Virus record (IMG/VR): IMGVR_UViG_3300033562_000494 | Location: 1 to 46,685 of that record | DNA from: a virus | Taxonomy: Duplodnaviria > Caudoviricetes | Strand: one strand, 5' to 3' | DNA: 46,685 bases | Shown: positions 35,201 to 43,504 of the stretch, piece after piece | Layout: the number at the start of each line of letters is the position of its first letter | How positions within the stretch are numbered: position 1 is the first letter of the stretch | Notes under the pieces: model-generated | What the model saw: the letters and a program-made list of their open reading frames with translations, nothing else | Databases searched by the model: none | Told to the model about the DNA's origin: nothing | Made by a program: the position numbers and the translations under genes

Positions 35201-38200
35201 TGAAACCTCTTTATTCGCCCCTACAAAGCTTTTGTTAGATATTACATGGGACAGGGTAGATAATCCGCTCGTTTCGGGCTATCTGGTTTATGTCAAACGA
35301 ACAGGAGATAACCGCCGAGTCTTGGGAGAGTATCAGGACAACTCGGCTATTTATGAAGTCACGCAGCCCGGTGAATACACGGTGGAAGTTCAAGCCGTCA
35401 CCCGTTTTGGTAAGCGGTCTAAAAGCATTTATTTGACGACTACCGTAGCCAACCAAAATCCCGCCCTCGCCCCTTCGGTGACTCACTTAGAAATCTACGG
35501 GCAAGGGAATGATACAGAGTTTTTAACAAGAGATGTCCGTTTTACTTGGATGCTTTATTCTCCCTCTTTTGGAGAAGACTTGACAGTGAACCCCCTTTCA
35601 ATGGGAAAGAAAGACCCCTACTTTTCGCACTTCATTATCCTTGTTCGAGACTCTACTAGCGGGGTTGTAGTTAGAACTGTCGCTTGCGATGTTTCGGAAT
35701 ACACTTATTCTTTCACAGACAATTTTTCAGACCCTTCGGGGCCTCGTAGGTCTTTCATCTTTGAAGTGTATGCCGTAGATATTTTTGGGGCTTGGTTAAA
35801 CCCTGCCACGATTACCGTTGCCAACCCACCCCCTGCTTTGCCGCAGTTTGTGGAGCTTTCTTCCTTTGCAGGAAACATCGTTTTTAAATGCGCCCAAACT
35901 CCTAACGTGGACTTTAAAGGTTACTTGGTTTGGATTAGTTCTTCTAGCGGTTTTGACACGCAGCTTCTTCTTCCCGCTTATGAGGGAGCCAACAACCCCG
36001 CTTTAATCCCGATAACGGACGAAGCCGTTTACTACATCCGCTTTGCCGAGTTTGATGTTTTTGGAAAAACCGATCTCATTATTTCGGATGAAGTGAGCCT
36101 GTATGCTTCTTTTCGCTTAAACCCCTTCCCACCCGCTTACCCCAAGAATTTAGCTCTAAATTCTTTGTTGGTGTCCCTTGTTGGCGTGCCTCCCTACGCC
36201 GCCATTACCGCCACATGGGATGCGAACACAGAATCCGATTTATCCGTTTATGAAGTTTCCGTTTCTGACAACGGGGGCATTTCTTGGATAAACACCGTAG
36301 TTCAAACGCCCACTTATACCTTTGAAGGAACCCCAGGACTCACTTATCGAGTTCAAGTGAGAGCGACCAACACTTCGGGCGTAACTAGCCCTTACTGTCC
36401 CTATTTGGACATCATAGCGACTCCCGATGCCGAATCCCCTGATAGCATAACGGGATTGACTTCGGCGACTTCTTTCAATCAAATCTTCTTGAGTTGGACA
36501 AATCCTACCGCCAATGATTTTCGGTCAGTCGAAGTTTGGGAAGCCTCCGCTGACGACTTTACGCAAGCCGTCTTAAAAGCAGACACTTCTAGCGGCTACT
36601 TTACGATGCCCGCCCTCACGGACTCGACTCACTATTTTTGGCTCATCGCAAAGGACTTTTCTGCCAACGAGTCTGCGCCCGTAGCGAGCGGGGCTATCGT
36701 GACGGGCAAAATCGAGAATAAGGATTTGAGCGACTTTGCAATTAACGCTTCCAAGATGTTCACGAGAGCGATTGTCTTGGACGGAGACAGCTGGACAAAT
36801 CGCTCGCCCGACCCTTCTTCTATTTCATGGAATGACCACTCGGTTTATTATGCGGGAGTCAAATATGACATCCCTGCTGCTTCGACTTCGGATAAATATA
36901 TCTGGTGGAGCTTATCTGACGGGCTTTATCACACGGATAACGCTTATCCTGTTTTGGGCGATGACGAGTTCATGGTAGCTACGAATGTTGACGGCTATTA
37001 TGACTTGGCATGGAACGCTCTCGCTAATGCTGTTATCGGAAGTGCCTACATTCAAGACGCGGCTATCAACAATGCAAAAATTGCCGACCTTGCCGTAGAT
37101 GCTGCCAAGATTGCAGACTTGGCGGTGACGACGGCTAAGATTGATGACTTAGCTGTAACGGATGCCAAAGTAGAAAGTCTTTCTGCTTCCAAGATTGTGA
37201 TTGCGGGAACAACTACGCTCGCTGATTGGAGACACGGAGCCGACTTAACCAAGATAGACGGCGGGACGATTGCCGCCAATACGATTGCCGCCAACTCTGC
37301 CACTTTCGGTTTGAGGGGCTTGGATGTTTCAGGGCTACAATTTGAGTGCCAGAAAGACAGTAATGGGATACCCACAGACACTTTAGGTTGGACAGCAGGT
37401 AGCGTGTCCTATGTAGATAATGACGGAAATCCTGTTGTCAAAAATATCCTTTCGGGAGAAACGACAAGTGCCTCTCTTGTCTTCGTTTATTATGACAACA
37501 CTTTACCTGACGGGAGTGCTTTGGGAGTTACCCCTGACCCCGCCGTAGCTTATGGGGCAGACAAAATCGTTCTCGCCACTTTTGCGGGAGGATTGAACCT
37601 TAATGCCACTTATGGGCGCACAAAGATTGACGGTTCTCAAATCATTGCAGGCTCCGTTACTTCTGATTTGATTAGGACAAACACTTTGAACGCAGAAGTG
37701 ATTCAAGGCGGCACGCTGGACATCAACAAAATAAACGCCGACATCGCTTTGACGAAGGATTTGATTATCGGAGACGCTTTAGGGGACGGAGCTATTCGTT
37801 CCAGAAATTACGACCCGTTAGCCGACCCATTAGCTCGCCAAGGCTTCATTATTGACGGTAATGGTAATGCCGAGTTCTATAACATGAAAGTGCGCCAAGA
37901 TATTGTCGGCGGCACGATTAAGATAGGACTTGCGCCAGAAGGTAACTTAGATGGCGACCCCAATACAGGGCTAGGCGTAGATGCTTACGGCAACTTCTGG
38001 ATAGGAAAAGCTGACTATGCCACCGCCCCTTTTAGAATTAGCAAAACGGGCGAGCTTTATTTCGAGCTAGTTAGCCCGTTGATTCCGCAGTCGGCTAGAG
38101 AAGATTTGATTAAAGGCGTTCAATGTCAAATTAGTTTCGGGATCACTCGTCCCCAACTAAATGCAGTTTATTATCTTATCGTTAATTCGTTGTTTAAGTT

Positions 38201-38360
38201 TAAAATAACTCACTTATACGCTTCGGGAGGAGACGGACATTATTGGAGTAACGGAGGAAGTATAGGCACGCCGTATCTTGAAGGAGGAGCCTTCTACTTA
38301 GTCGCAACCGCACGGTCATCGAATCCTTTATATGGGAGAGTGGGATACATCCGCTGGTAA
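32271..38360 (+). CDS. Central tail fibre/tip attachment protein, lambda gpJ-like, with two N-terminal Hint domains
   Basis: IDALCEGEIEGL, YPNTA, VPTNYDP, WDGSFK...SDNPAW, FGCTSRGQAHRLGKW, multiple FN3-like domains, AKIADLAV repeats. Confidence 0.95.
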   Translation: MEEYNESLAPQLNDLIGAGGGCFHENTPVYTLKGYRPICQLQAGDAIYSFNEFGKIEEDEIEQVLVHPNQALGLFRFWGGKVLVTPIHWFLSDRNSFKEAQAFDVHRCVMDVEGGLRSFHSYTPNVEEGVTVYNLIVKKNHTYIAGGLRVHNGGGGGGGGKGCFSFDTLIETPMGDVPISSLKKGDKVFSFDEKENKHIDFVDEVLVHENEVLGQFEFNGGKVLVTPIHWMLSHNNSFTEAQGFSSKLSVVNAKGYLQAFQHYTLIEGRHTVYNLLIKKNHTFIAGGLRVHNGGGGGGGGKSGGNDGGMSSAREVHEDPESLRSRSYARVIDALCEGEIEGLVDTYGTVQSGTNVAKGVYVDGVPLMGSDGVWNYADVLIDYRTGTQDQSAFAGVVGTESTTNLGSRLRTPAGGAVPLYYACINPEVDEVEFGIRVASLVRQDKTTGDLFGSEVSWQVDYRINQQVWLPAFTSTVSGKTSSAYMHSQTFAIPKGGIIGGISLIEFRLTRITPDSTSSSLQNETYWDYVTERINAKFKYPNTAMVGIQINAEQFASIPSRAFDCKLLKIKVPTNYDPSSRAYTGIWDGSFKVVWSDNPAWCFYDLVTNSRYGLGDYFPADTLDKWTLYTIGQYCDELVPSGYGGNFEPRFTCNLYLQTREEAYKVATDMASIFRAMLYWGNNTLIPSQDRPKQPLVHFHAANVKDGRFSYTGSAKRARHTCALVAWNNPITGYAREIEYVEDVDGINRFGVREVEVAAFGCTSRGQAHRLGKWILYTERKESDLITFRAGMEGMFLRPGDLFKVSDSFRAGVINGGRIMGIASDRLSITLDRPLPLVAGATYTLHVQCPQAFVPYDVPLTDSTQAELRRTAQIVTRTVLTPSQEGTYILAFAEALPSNADVGMIWTVESSEISAQLFRTLTVEEIAAHEFEVTGMQYDLNKFAEIEQNIVFDPSPISVLPNQLLAPEPPTNLAVVQRIETSLFAPTKLLLDITWDRVDNPLVSGYLVYVKRTGDNRRVLGEYQDNSAIYEVTQPGEYTVEVQAVTRFGKRSKSIYLTTTVANQNPALAPSVTHLEIYGQGNDTEFLTRDVRFTWMLYSPSFGEDLTVNPLSMGKKDPYFSHFIILVRDSTSGVVVRTVACDVSEYTYSFTDNFSDPSGPRRSFIFEVYAVDIFGAWLNPATITVANPPPALPQFVELSSFAGNIVFKCAQTPNVDFKGYLVWISSSSGFDTQLLLPAYEGANNPALIPITDEAVYYIRFAEFDVFGKTDLIISDEVSLYASFRLNPFPPAYPKNLALNSLLVSLVGVPPYAAITATWDANTESDLSVYEVSVSDNGGISWINTVVQTPTYTFEGTPGLTYRVQVRATNTSGVTSPYCPYLDIIATPDAESPDSITGLTSATSFNQIFLSWTNPTANDFRSVEVWEASADDFTQAVLKADTSSGYFTMPALTDSTHYFWLIAKDFSANESAPVASGAIVTGKIENKDLSDFAINASKMFTRAIVLDGDSWTNRSPDPSSISWNDHSVYYAGVKYDIPAASTSDKYIWWSLSDGLYHTDNAYPVLGDDEFMVATNVDGYYDLAWNALANAVIGSAYIQDAAINNAKIADLAVDAAKIADLAVTTAKIDDLAVTDAKVESLSASKIVIAGTTTLADWRHGADLTKIDGGTIAANTIAANSATFGLRGLDVSGLQFECQKDSNGIPTDTLGWTAGSVSYVDNDGNPVVKNILSGETTSASLVFVYYDNTLPDGSALGVTPDPAVAYGADKIVLATFAGGLNLNATYGRTKIDGSQIIAGSVTSDLIRTNTLNAEVIQGGTLDINKINADIALTKDLIIGDALGDGAIRSRNYDPLADPLARQGFIIDGNGNAEFYNMKVRQDIVGGTIKIGLAPEGNLDGDPNTGLGVDAYGNFWIGKADYATAPFRISKTGELYFELVSPLIPQSAREDLIKGVQCQISFGITRPQLNAVYYLIVNSLFKFKITHLYASGGDGHYWSNGGSIGTPYLEGGAFYLVATARSSNPLYGRVGYIRW
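32334..32726 (+). other. Hint domain 1 (131 aa, no endonuclease)
   Basis: CFHENT start, VTPIH block B, VYNLIVKKNHTYIAGGLRVHN end; +1 residue is Gly. Confidence 0.92.
32757..33146 (+). other. Hint domain 2 (130 aa, no endonuclease)
   Basis: CFSFDT start, VTPIH block B, VYNLLIKKNHTFIAGGLRVHN end; +1 residue is Gly. Confidence 0.92.
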
Positions 38361-38363
38361 TTT

Positions 38364-39149
38364 ATGCCCTTTTGTAATTCTACTCTGTTTGAATTTTGGC
38401 GAGAGCGTTGGGAAGGTGTTATCTTTGACGGGCAGCTTTCTCCCGTAGATAGCCGACTTATCCGGGTAGATTATGTAGGTTTTAGTGATGAAAAGCCGTC
38501 GGTTCAAACTTATGAGGTTGTTGACGGAGCCTATGTTTGGTTTCCTACGGGAGAAGCCGGTAATACTTTTGCGCTTGTGCCTGTTTTGGAACCAATATAT
38601 CGCGGAAGCTTTTCAGGAGTATATCCCCAGTATGGTTTAAAATATCAGTATAACTTTACGGTTCCTGAGCCAGCAGGTTGCGATGAAACTTGGCTGGAAG
38701 GTATCGCCATAGATACTTTTTACTGCGGAGAACCTTTTCCTATTCGTAATCCAGCTAATATGGGAGATGCCGACTTCAACTATTTTGGTGAAGGAGGTCG
38801 CCCTCACGGACATATAACAACGACTTTAGGGAGTATAGATGAGCGTCCTCGTAGCTCGTCAGGGTATATCTACCCTTATTTGGAAAATCTCGATAGGAAC
38901 TATTATGGAGACGGCTTTCGTTGGACTGCGAACGCGTATGGGTGGGAAGGTATTCCCGTGTATATCTATATCAGTGGCGAAGTTCCAAGCGGAGCCGTCG
39001 TCACTATAACTTGGTATGCAGGTCTATATTATAGCTACTATCTAGGTAACTACCAAGCAAACGGGCTTCCTGCCGAACTACCTAAATTTTGGACAACCCT
39101 ACGAGCGATTCCAAGAATCCCGTATAAGGGAGAGCAGTTTGTTCCTTAA
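38364..39149 (+). CDS. Hypothetical aromatic-rich tail tip protein
   Basis: Directly after J; rich in Y/W/F/G/P. Confidence 0.7.
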   Translation: MPFCNSTLFEFWRERWEGVIFDGQLSPVDSRLIRVDYVGFSDEKPSVQTYEVVDGAYVWFPTGEAGNTFALVPVLEPIYRGSFSGVYPQYGLKYQYNFTVPEPAGCDETWLEGIAIDTFYCGEPFPIRNPANMGDADFNYFGEGGRPHGHITTTLGSIDERPRSSSGYIYPYLENLDRNYYGDGFRWTANAYGWEGIPVYIYISGEVPSGAVVTITWYAGLYYSYYLGNYQANGLPAELPKFWTTLRAIPRIPYKGEQFVP

Positions 39150-39166
39150 AATTTAGACCTAAATTA
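39149..39166. promoter_or_regulatory. 18-bp palindromic motif copy
   Basis: AAATTTAGACCTAAATTA overlapping a stop codon. Confidence 0.9.
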
Positions 39167-39207
39167 TTTGAAATGGACATTTTTATCAGCTAGGAGTAAA
39201 AGTTTAT

Positions 39208-42024
39208 ATGGCTCAAATAAAATCTGGAACCGTTAGGGTAACAAGTGGCAGTAGCTATGTCTATGGCAGCAGTAATGTCCAGTGGACGACTCTTTTTGCA
39301 GGAAGTTTGTTCACCGTAGAAGAACACGACCCCTCTTACCAAGTTGCCTCTATTACGGCAAATCCTCCCGCCGTTTCGGTAACAGCCGTTCCCGCAGACT
39401 CCCAACTCGTTTATTCTGCCGCCCACGGAATAACTTCGGGCAGAGAAGTCGTTCTTAAAGGAACCGCCGCCCCCGCAGGACTAGGGTTAGAAGTCCAGTA
39501 TTTTGCTTATGCTTTTGCCGCAGATAAAATAACGCTACACACGACTTACGCCAATGCGCTGACAGGAGCCAACCCTGTTCTATTTACAACAGCGGGAACT
39601 TCCGTTGCCGTAGCCGAAACTCCTTGGCTTACTTTGACCGCCCCTTATGGTGGAGATTCGGTAATAACTAAAAAGTATGCGATCACCAACTATTTCACCC
39701 CGCACTTTAGTCTGCCTTTACTTTCCCAAGGAGACTTAAATTCGCCCACGGTTATCAATCGGGCGATGACGATTATTGACGAATACTTGTCCTATGCCGT
39801 TATTGCGGGACATCCTTTGATTGTTTCGACTGATTACACTATTCTGCCAGACGACTTGACGGTATTAGTTAGCGGCGCAGCTACTATTACTCTTCCCGTT
39901 GCCTCTAGCCGTTTGAGGACAGTGACGGTTATCAATCTAAGCAATTTTCCCGTTATTGTCGCAGCGAGAGGCGGCGATTTGATTGAGGGCAACCAAGCCA
40001 TAACGCTCCAGCCTTATGAGGGCAGAACCTTTAACTCAGTATCCAATACCTACTACATTATTGGCGGCATTTTTTCCCTAGATGCTCAAATTGCTAGAAC
40101 AGGTAGAATTGCAGAAGCGTGGACAGCCCTTAACATCGTTTTAGCCTCTTCGGTTAGTGCAGCTACTTCTTATGGGCTATCGTCTTCCGTTGGAGTTTCA
40201 ACAGAGTTTGCGAGAGCCGACCACACGCACGGAACCCCCTCCTTAGCCGCCCACGGAGTCGCCAGCAGCCTTTTGCCACCTAAAAGCGATGACCCACGCC
40301 TTTCTGATGCTAGGACTCCCCTAGCGCACGCCAGCAGCCATTTAAGCGCGGGTAGCGACCCTATTGCGCTCGCTACGCCCTCAACCGCAGGGTTAATGTC
40401 TGCCGCAGATAAAACCAAGCTTAATGCCGCCCTGACGGTTCCTTATTCTCACCCGACAAGTGACGGATACCACCATGTTCCTCCAACTGCCTCCCAAACT
40501 AGGAAATTCCTTGTTTGCAGCAATTTGACCGCAGAAAGCGAAAGCTGGGGCGCGATTCTTTGGAGTGATATAGGAAGCCTACCTTCTTCTTTTGCCCCTA
40601 CGATTGGTGCAGGAGCCAATGAAGCGGTAGCAGGAAACGACCCCCGCTTAACCGACTCTCGTAATCCTTTAAGCCATGTTCTCGCCACAGGAACCGCTTT
40701 AGGGGGCGATCATACTATTTCGGGAGCCTCCGTAGGTTCTGTCCTTAGAGCGTCTTCTTCAACTTCCGCAAATTTTCAAAGACTTGTTTGGATAGACATA
40801 GATAGCAAGCCAGCGACTTTTGCGCCTATTATCGGAAGCTCGGCGAACGAAGCCGTTGCAGGGAATGACCCCCGTTTGACTAATGCGAGGACACCCGCTT
40901 CCCATGTTCTTGCCACTTCCGCAGGTTTAGGGAGCGAGCATACCGTAGCTGACCTCACGAGCGGAAATGTTCTAAAAGCGACCTCTCCAACTACCGCCGC
41001 TTTTAGTGCGCTTTTGTGGGAAGAAGTCGCCAACAAACCTTTGACTTTTGCGCCCATTATAGGGGCAGGAGCTACCGAAGCCGTAGCGGGAGACGACTCC
41101 CGTTTAACCGATGCCCGATCTGCAACGGGAACTCCTTTAAGCGCGGGAAGCCTTTGGTTAGGTAATAGCTCCGACCTTGCTACCGTAACCGCTATTTCGG
41201 GAGACATTACGCTCGATAGTGCAGGAGTCGCCACGATTGGTTTAAACCGTGTGGGTTTAACTAAGATTGCCGCTGGACTCGCAGGTAGCATCCTTGTGTA
41301 TAGTGCGTCAGGACAAGCTACGGCACTCCCTCCCTCAAATACCGTAGGTTCTTTACTTATTTCAAACGGAACAGGAAATGTCCCTGTTTGGGGAGATGCT
41401 TCCATTATTCCTACGCAAACTTCTATTGAGATTAGCTATCTTGCACTAGAATATAATAGTTACACTCTGACAGGGTATAACCAGCAAGTTGTTGCTTTTA
41501 ACGGTTATTCAGCCGCCCCAAGTTGTATCTTTACCGAAGGCTCTTCTACGGAGTTTTCGCTTGTTCCGAATATCCCCAACTACGCAGGGATTCGTATTAA
41601 GTTTACAGAAGAAGTTAATCCAGAGCTTCCCGTAGGACTCAGCTACGACACTTACTACTTTTTGTCAGGAACAGCAAGTGCCGCCAAGCTGCATCTTACA
41701 CGAGCAGATGCTTTGGCCGCGATAAATCCCGTAAGCTTTACGCCGATAAGCCTCACTTGTTACTTTGTAAAAACTGTAAAAATTATTGCAGCAAACAGTA
41801 GCATGAAGCAAGTGGTGCTAGTCTTCTGTAACTGTGAGTGGGAAATACTCGCTAACAGCGGTATTTCCTTTTATTCTGGCGGGCAGAACATTCCCGCAGC
41901 TACCCACCGCTTGCGCTCGCTAGGCGAAAATACGAGCATCACGCTAAGATATGTGTCAGGAGCTTCCCTTCTCCAAGTTGTTTCTGTTACAGGCACTCAA
42001 GAAATCGTAGGTATCAATGAATAA
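39208..42024 (+). CDS. Side tail fibre protein
   Basis: N-terminal GTVRVTSGS anchor-type motif, ARADHTH, GLMSAADKTKL, and AGNDPRLT repeats with a 76-aa period. Confidence 0.85.
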   Translation: MAQIKSGTVRVTSGSSYVYGSSNVQWTTLFAGSLFTVEEHDPSYQVASITANPPAVSVTAVPADSQLVYSAAHGITSGREVVLKGTAAPAGLGLEVQYFAYAFAADKITLHTTYANALTGANPVLFTTAGTSVAVAETPWLTLTAPYGGDSVITKKYAITNYFTPHFSLPLLSQGDLNSPTVINRAMTIIDEYLSYAVIAGHPLIVSTDYTILPDDLTVLVSGAATITLPVASSRLRTVTVINLSNFPVIVAARGGDLIEGNQAITLQPYEGRTFNSVSNTYYIIGGIFSLDAQIARTGRIAEAWTALNIVLASSVSAATSYGLSSSVGVSTEFARADHTHGTPSLAAHGVASSLLPPKSDDPRLSDARTPLAHASSHLSAGSDPIALATPSTAGLMSAADKTKLNAALTVPYSHPTSDGYHHVPPTASQTRKFLVCSNLTAESESWGAILWSDIGSLPSSFAPTIGAGANEAVAGNDPRLTDSRNPLSHVLATGTALGGDHTISGASVGSVLRASSSTSANFQRLVWIDIDSKPATFAPIIGSSANEAVAGNDPRLTNARTPASHVLATSAGLGSEHTVADLTSGNVLKATSPTTAAFSALLWEEVANKPLTFAPIIGAGATEAVAGDDSRLTDARSATGTPLSAGSLWLGNSSDLATVTAISGDITLDSAGVATIGLNRVGLTKIAAGLAGSILVYSASGQATALPPSNTVGSLLISNGTGNVPVWGDASIIPTQTSIEISYLALEYNSYTLTGYNQQVVAFNGYSAAPSCIFTEGSSTEFSLVPNIPNYAGIRIKFTEEVNPELPVGLSYDTYYFLSGTASAAKLHLTRADALAAINPVSFTPISLTCYFVKTVKIIAANSSMKQVVLVFCNCEWEILANSGISFYSGGQNIPAATHRLRSLGENTSITLRYVSGASLLQVVSVTGTQEIVGINE

Positions 42025-42039
42025 TTTAGACCTAAATTT
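42022..42039. promoter_or_regulatory. 18-bp palindromic motif forming a whole gene junction
   Basis: TAATTTAGACCTAAATTT starts at the stop codon and is followed directly by ATG at 42040. Confidence 0.9.
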
Positions 42040-43017
42040 ATGAAAACGAGTCAAACGAATCTTCTGGAAGTTCTTAAACTGGATAGTCTTACACCTATTC
42101 AGTTGACCGACTTACTTGTAGTTTACTCAGGAAATCAGCTTTATCGAGCGACTGTTCTTGAACTCATTACTACTCTTTCCCAAGAAGCCGCCGCTTCGGG
42201 AAAGATACCGAGAGCCTTGGGAACAGGAAAGCTAGACGCTTCTTGGCTCCCTGTGGGCGGCGGGGGAAGCAACGAGTATGAAAACGCGGTTCAAGTGCCT
42301 GTTAGTCTAGGGGGCGTAGATGCAGGGACGACCTTTCCGCTTGGGACGACAGTTCAAGATGTTTTGACGATGCTTTTGTATCCGTATGTCTCCCCGACTA
42401 TTTCGGCTTTCTCTTTTGAAGACTCAGGGCTTTTTCCTTTAGAAGTAGGAGCCACCTATGACGGAGGCGCAGCCGTTACCTTCAACTGGACGACAACTTC
42501 GCCTAGCAACATTGTTGCTGCTTCGGGAGAGCTTAAAGATTTGACAGATAACATCAGTAGGGCTTCGGGACTTAATGATACGGGAACAACTGATTGTAAT
42601 TTGCCGCAAGTTGTCAAAACCGTAGCTGCTTCTCACCAGTGGCAGCTAAAGTTTTCTCAAACAGAGGGAGCAGATATTACCCGCAGCTTTTCTGTTTCGT
42701 GGCAATGGCGGGTTTATTATGGGACTTCCGCAAATGCTTCTTTGACCGAAAATCAAATTGAGGCATTAACCAGTGCGCCTTTAAAAGCTGCCGCTTCGGG
42801 AAGCTACTCTTTTGCCGCTGGAAATTACAAGTGGCTTTGCTACCCGACCGCGATGGGTTTGAGAACTTCTTTTATTGACCCCCAAACAAATTTTGAGGTT
42901 TCGATGGAACCTGCCACTACCGTCTCAGTCACCAACACCTACGGCGTTACCACGAATTATTACTGCCACCGCACAACGAATACTTTAGGCGGAAGTTTAA
43001 CCATCAATGTAGGATAA
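42040..43017 (+). CDS. Putative tail fibre/virion protein
   Basis: GKLDASWLP motif, Thr/Ser-rich beta-type C-terminus; within the fibre cluster. Confidence 0.7.
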   Translation: MKTSQTNLLEVLKLDSLTPIQLTDLLVVYSGNQLYRATVLELITTLSQEAAASGKIPRALGTGKLDASWLPVGGGGSNEYENAVQVPVSLGGVDAGTTFPLGTTVQDVLTMLLYPYVSPTISAFSFEDSGLFPLEVGATYDGGAAVTFNWTTTSPSNIVAASGELKDLTDNISRASGLNDTGTTDCNLPQVVKTVAASHQWQLKFSQTEGADITRSFSVSWQWRVYYGTSANASLTENQIEALTSAPLKAAASGSYSFAAGNYKWLCYPTAMGLRTSFIDPQTNFEVSMEPATTVSVTNTYGVTTNYYCHRTTNTLGGSLTINVG

Positions 43018-43021
43018 TTTT

Positions 43022-43483
43022 ATGTCTGTAAGAGTAACCGACTTTATTTCGACTACCGACCCCGCAGATACTTACCCTACGCATAAAGCGGAAATGGGTA
43101 AAGGCGGGCATCGAACCGTTGCTTCCCTTGTAGATAGAGATGCTATTTCAGCTACCAGAAGAGAAGAAGGCATGACGGTTTATGTAATCGCCACCGCAAC
43201 CACTTACCGCTTAGGAGCAAACCTGACCAGTTGGACTGCCCTTATAGACGGCGGCGGGATGCCTAAGTTTTCAGCAGATTTTGGGGACGAGGTTAATTCC
43301 GTGTTTGATATAACCCACGGATTAGACAGCGAAGATATTTTTGTTCAAGTTTGGCGTAAAACCACGAAGTCTTTAGACTCGCTTGTAGGTGTCCGTATAT
43401 TGGACTCCAACCAAGTTCGGCTTGACCTTGGGGCAGAAATACCTAGCTTGAATGAAATGACGGTTAAAATATCGAGATTCTAA
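43022..43483 (+). CDS. Putative tail fibre-associated protein
   Basis: RDAISATRREEGMTVYV and ITHGLDSEDIFVQV motifs, of the kind seen in fibre domains. Confidence 0.7.
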   Translation: MSVRVTDFISTTDPADTYPTHKAEMGKGGHRTVASLVDRDAISATRREEGMTVYVIATATTYRLGANLTSWTALIDGGGMPKFSADFGDEVNSVFDITHGLDSEDIFVQVWRKTTKSLDSLVGVRILDSNQVRLDLGAEIPSLNEMTVKISRF

Positions 43484-43504
43484 AATTAAACAAAGGAGAA
43501 CTTT

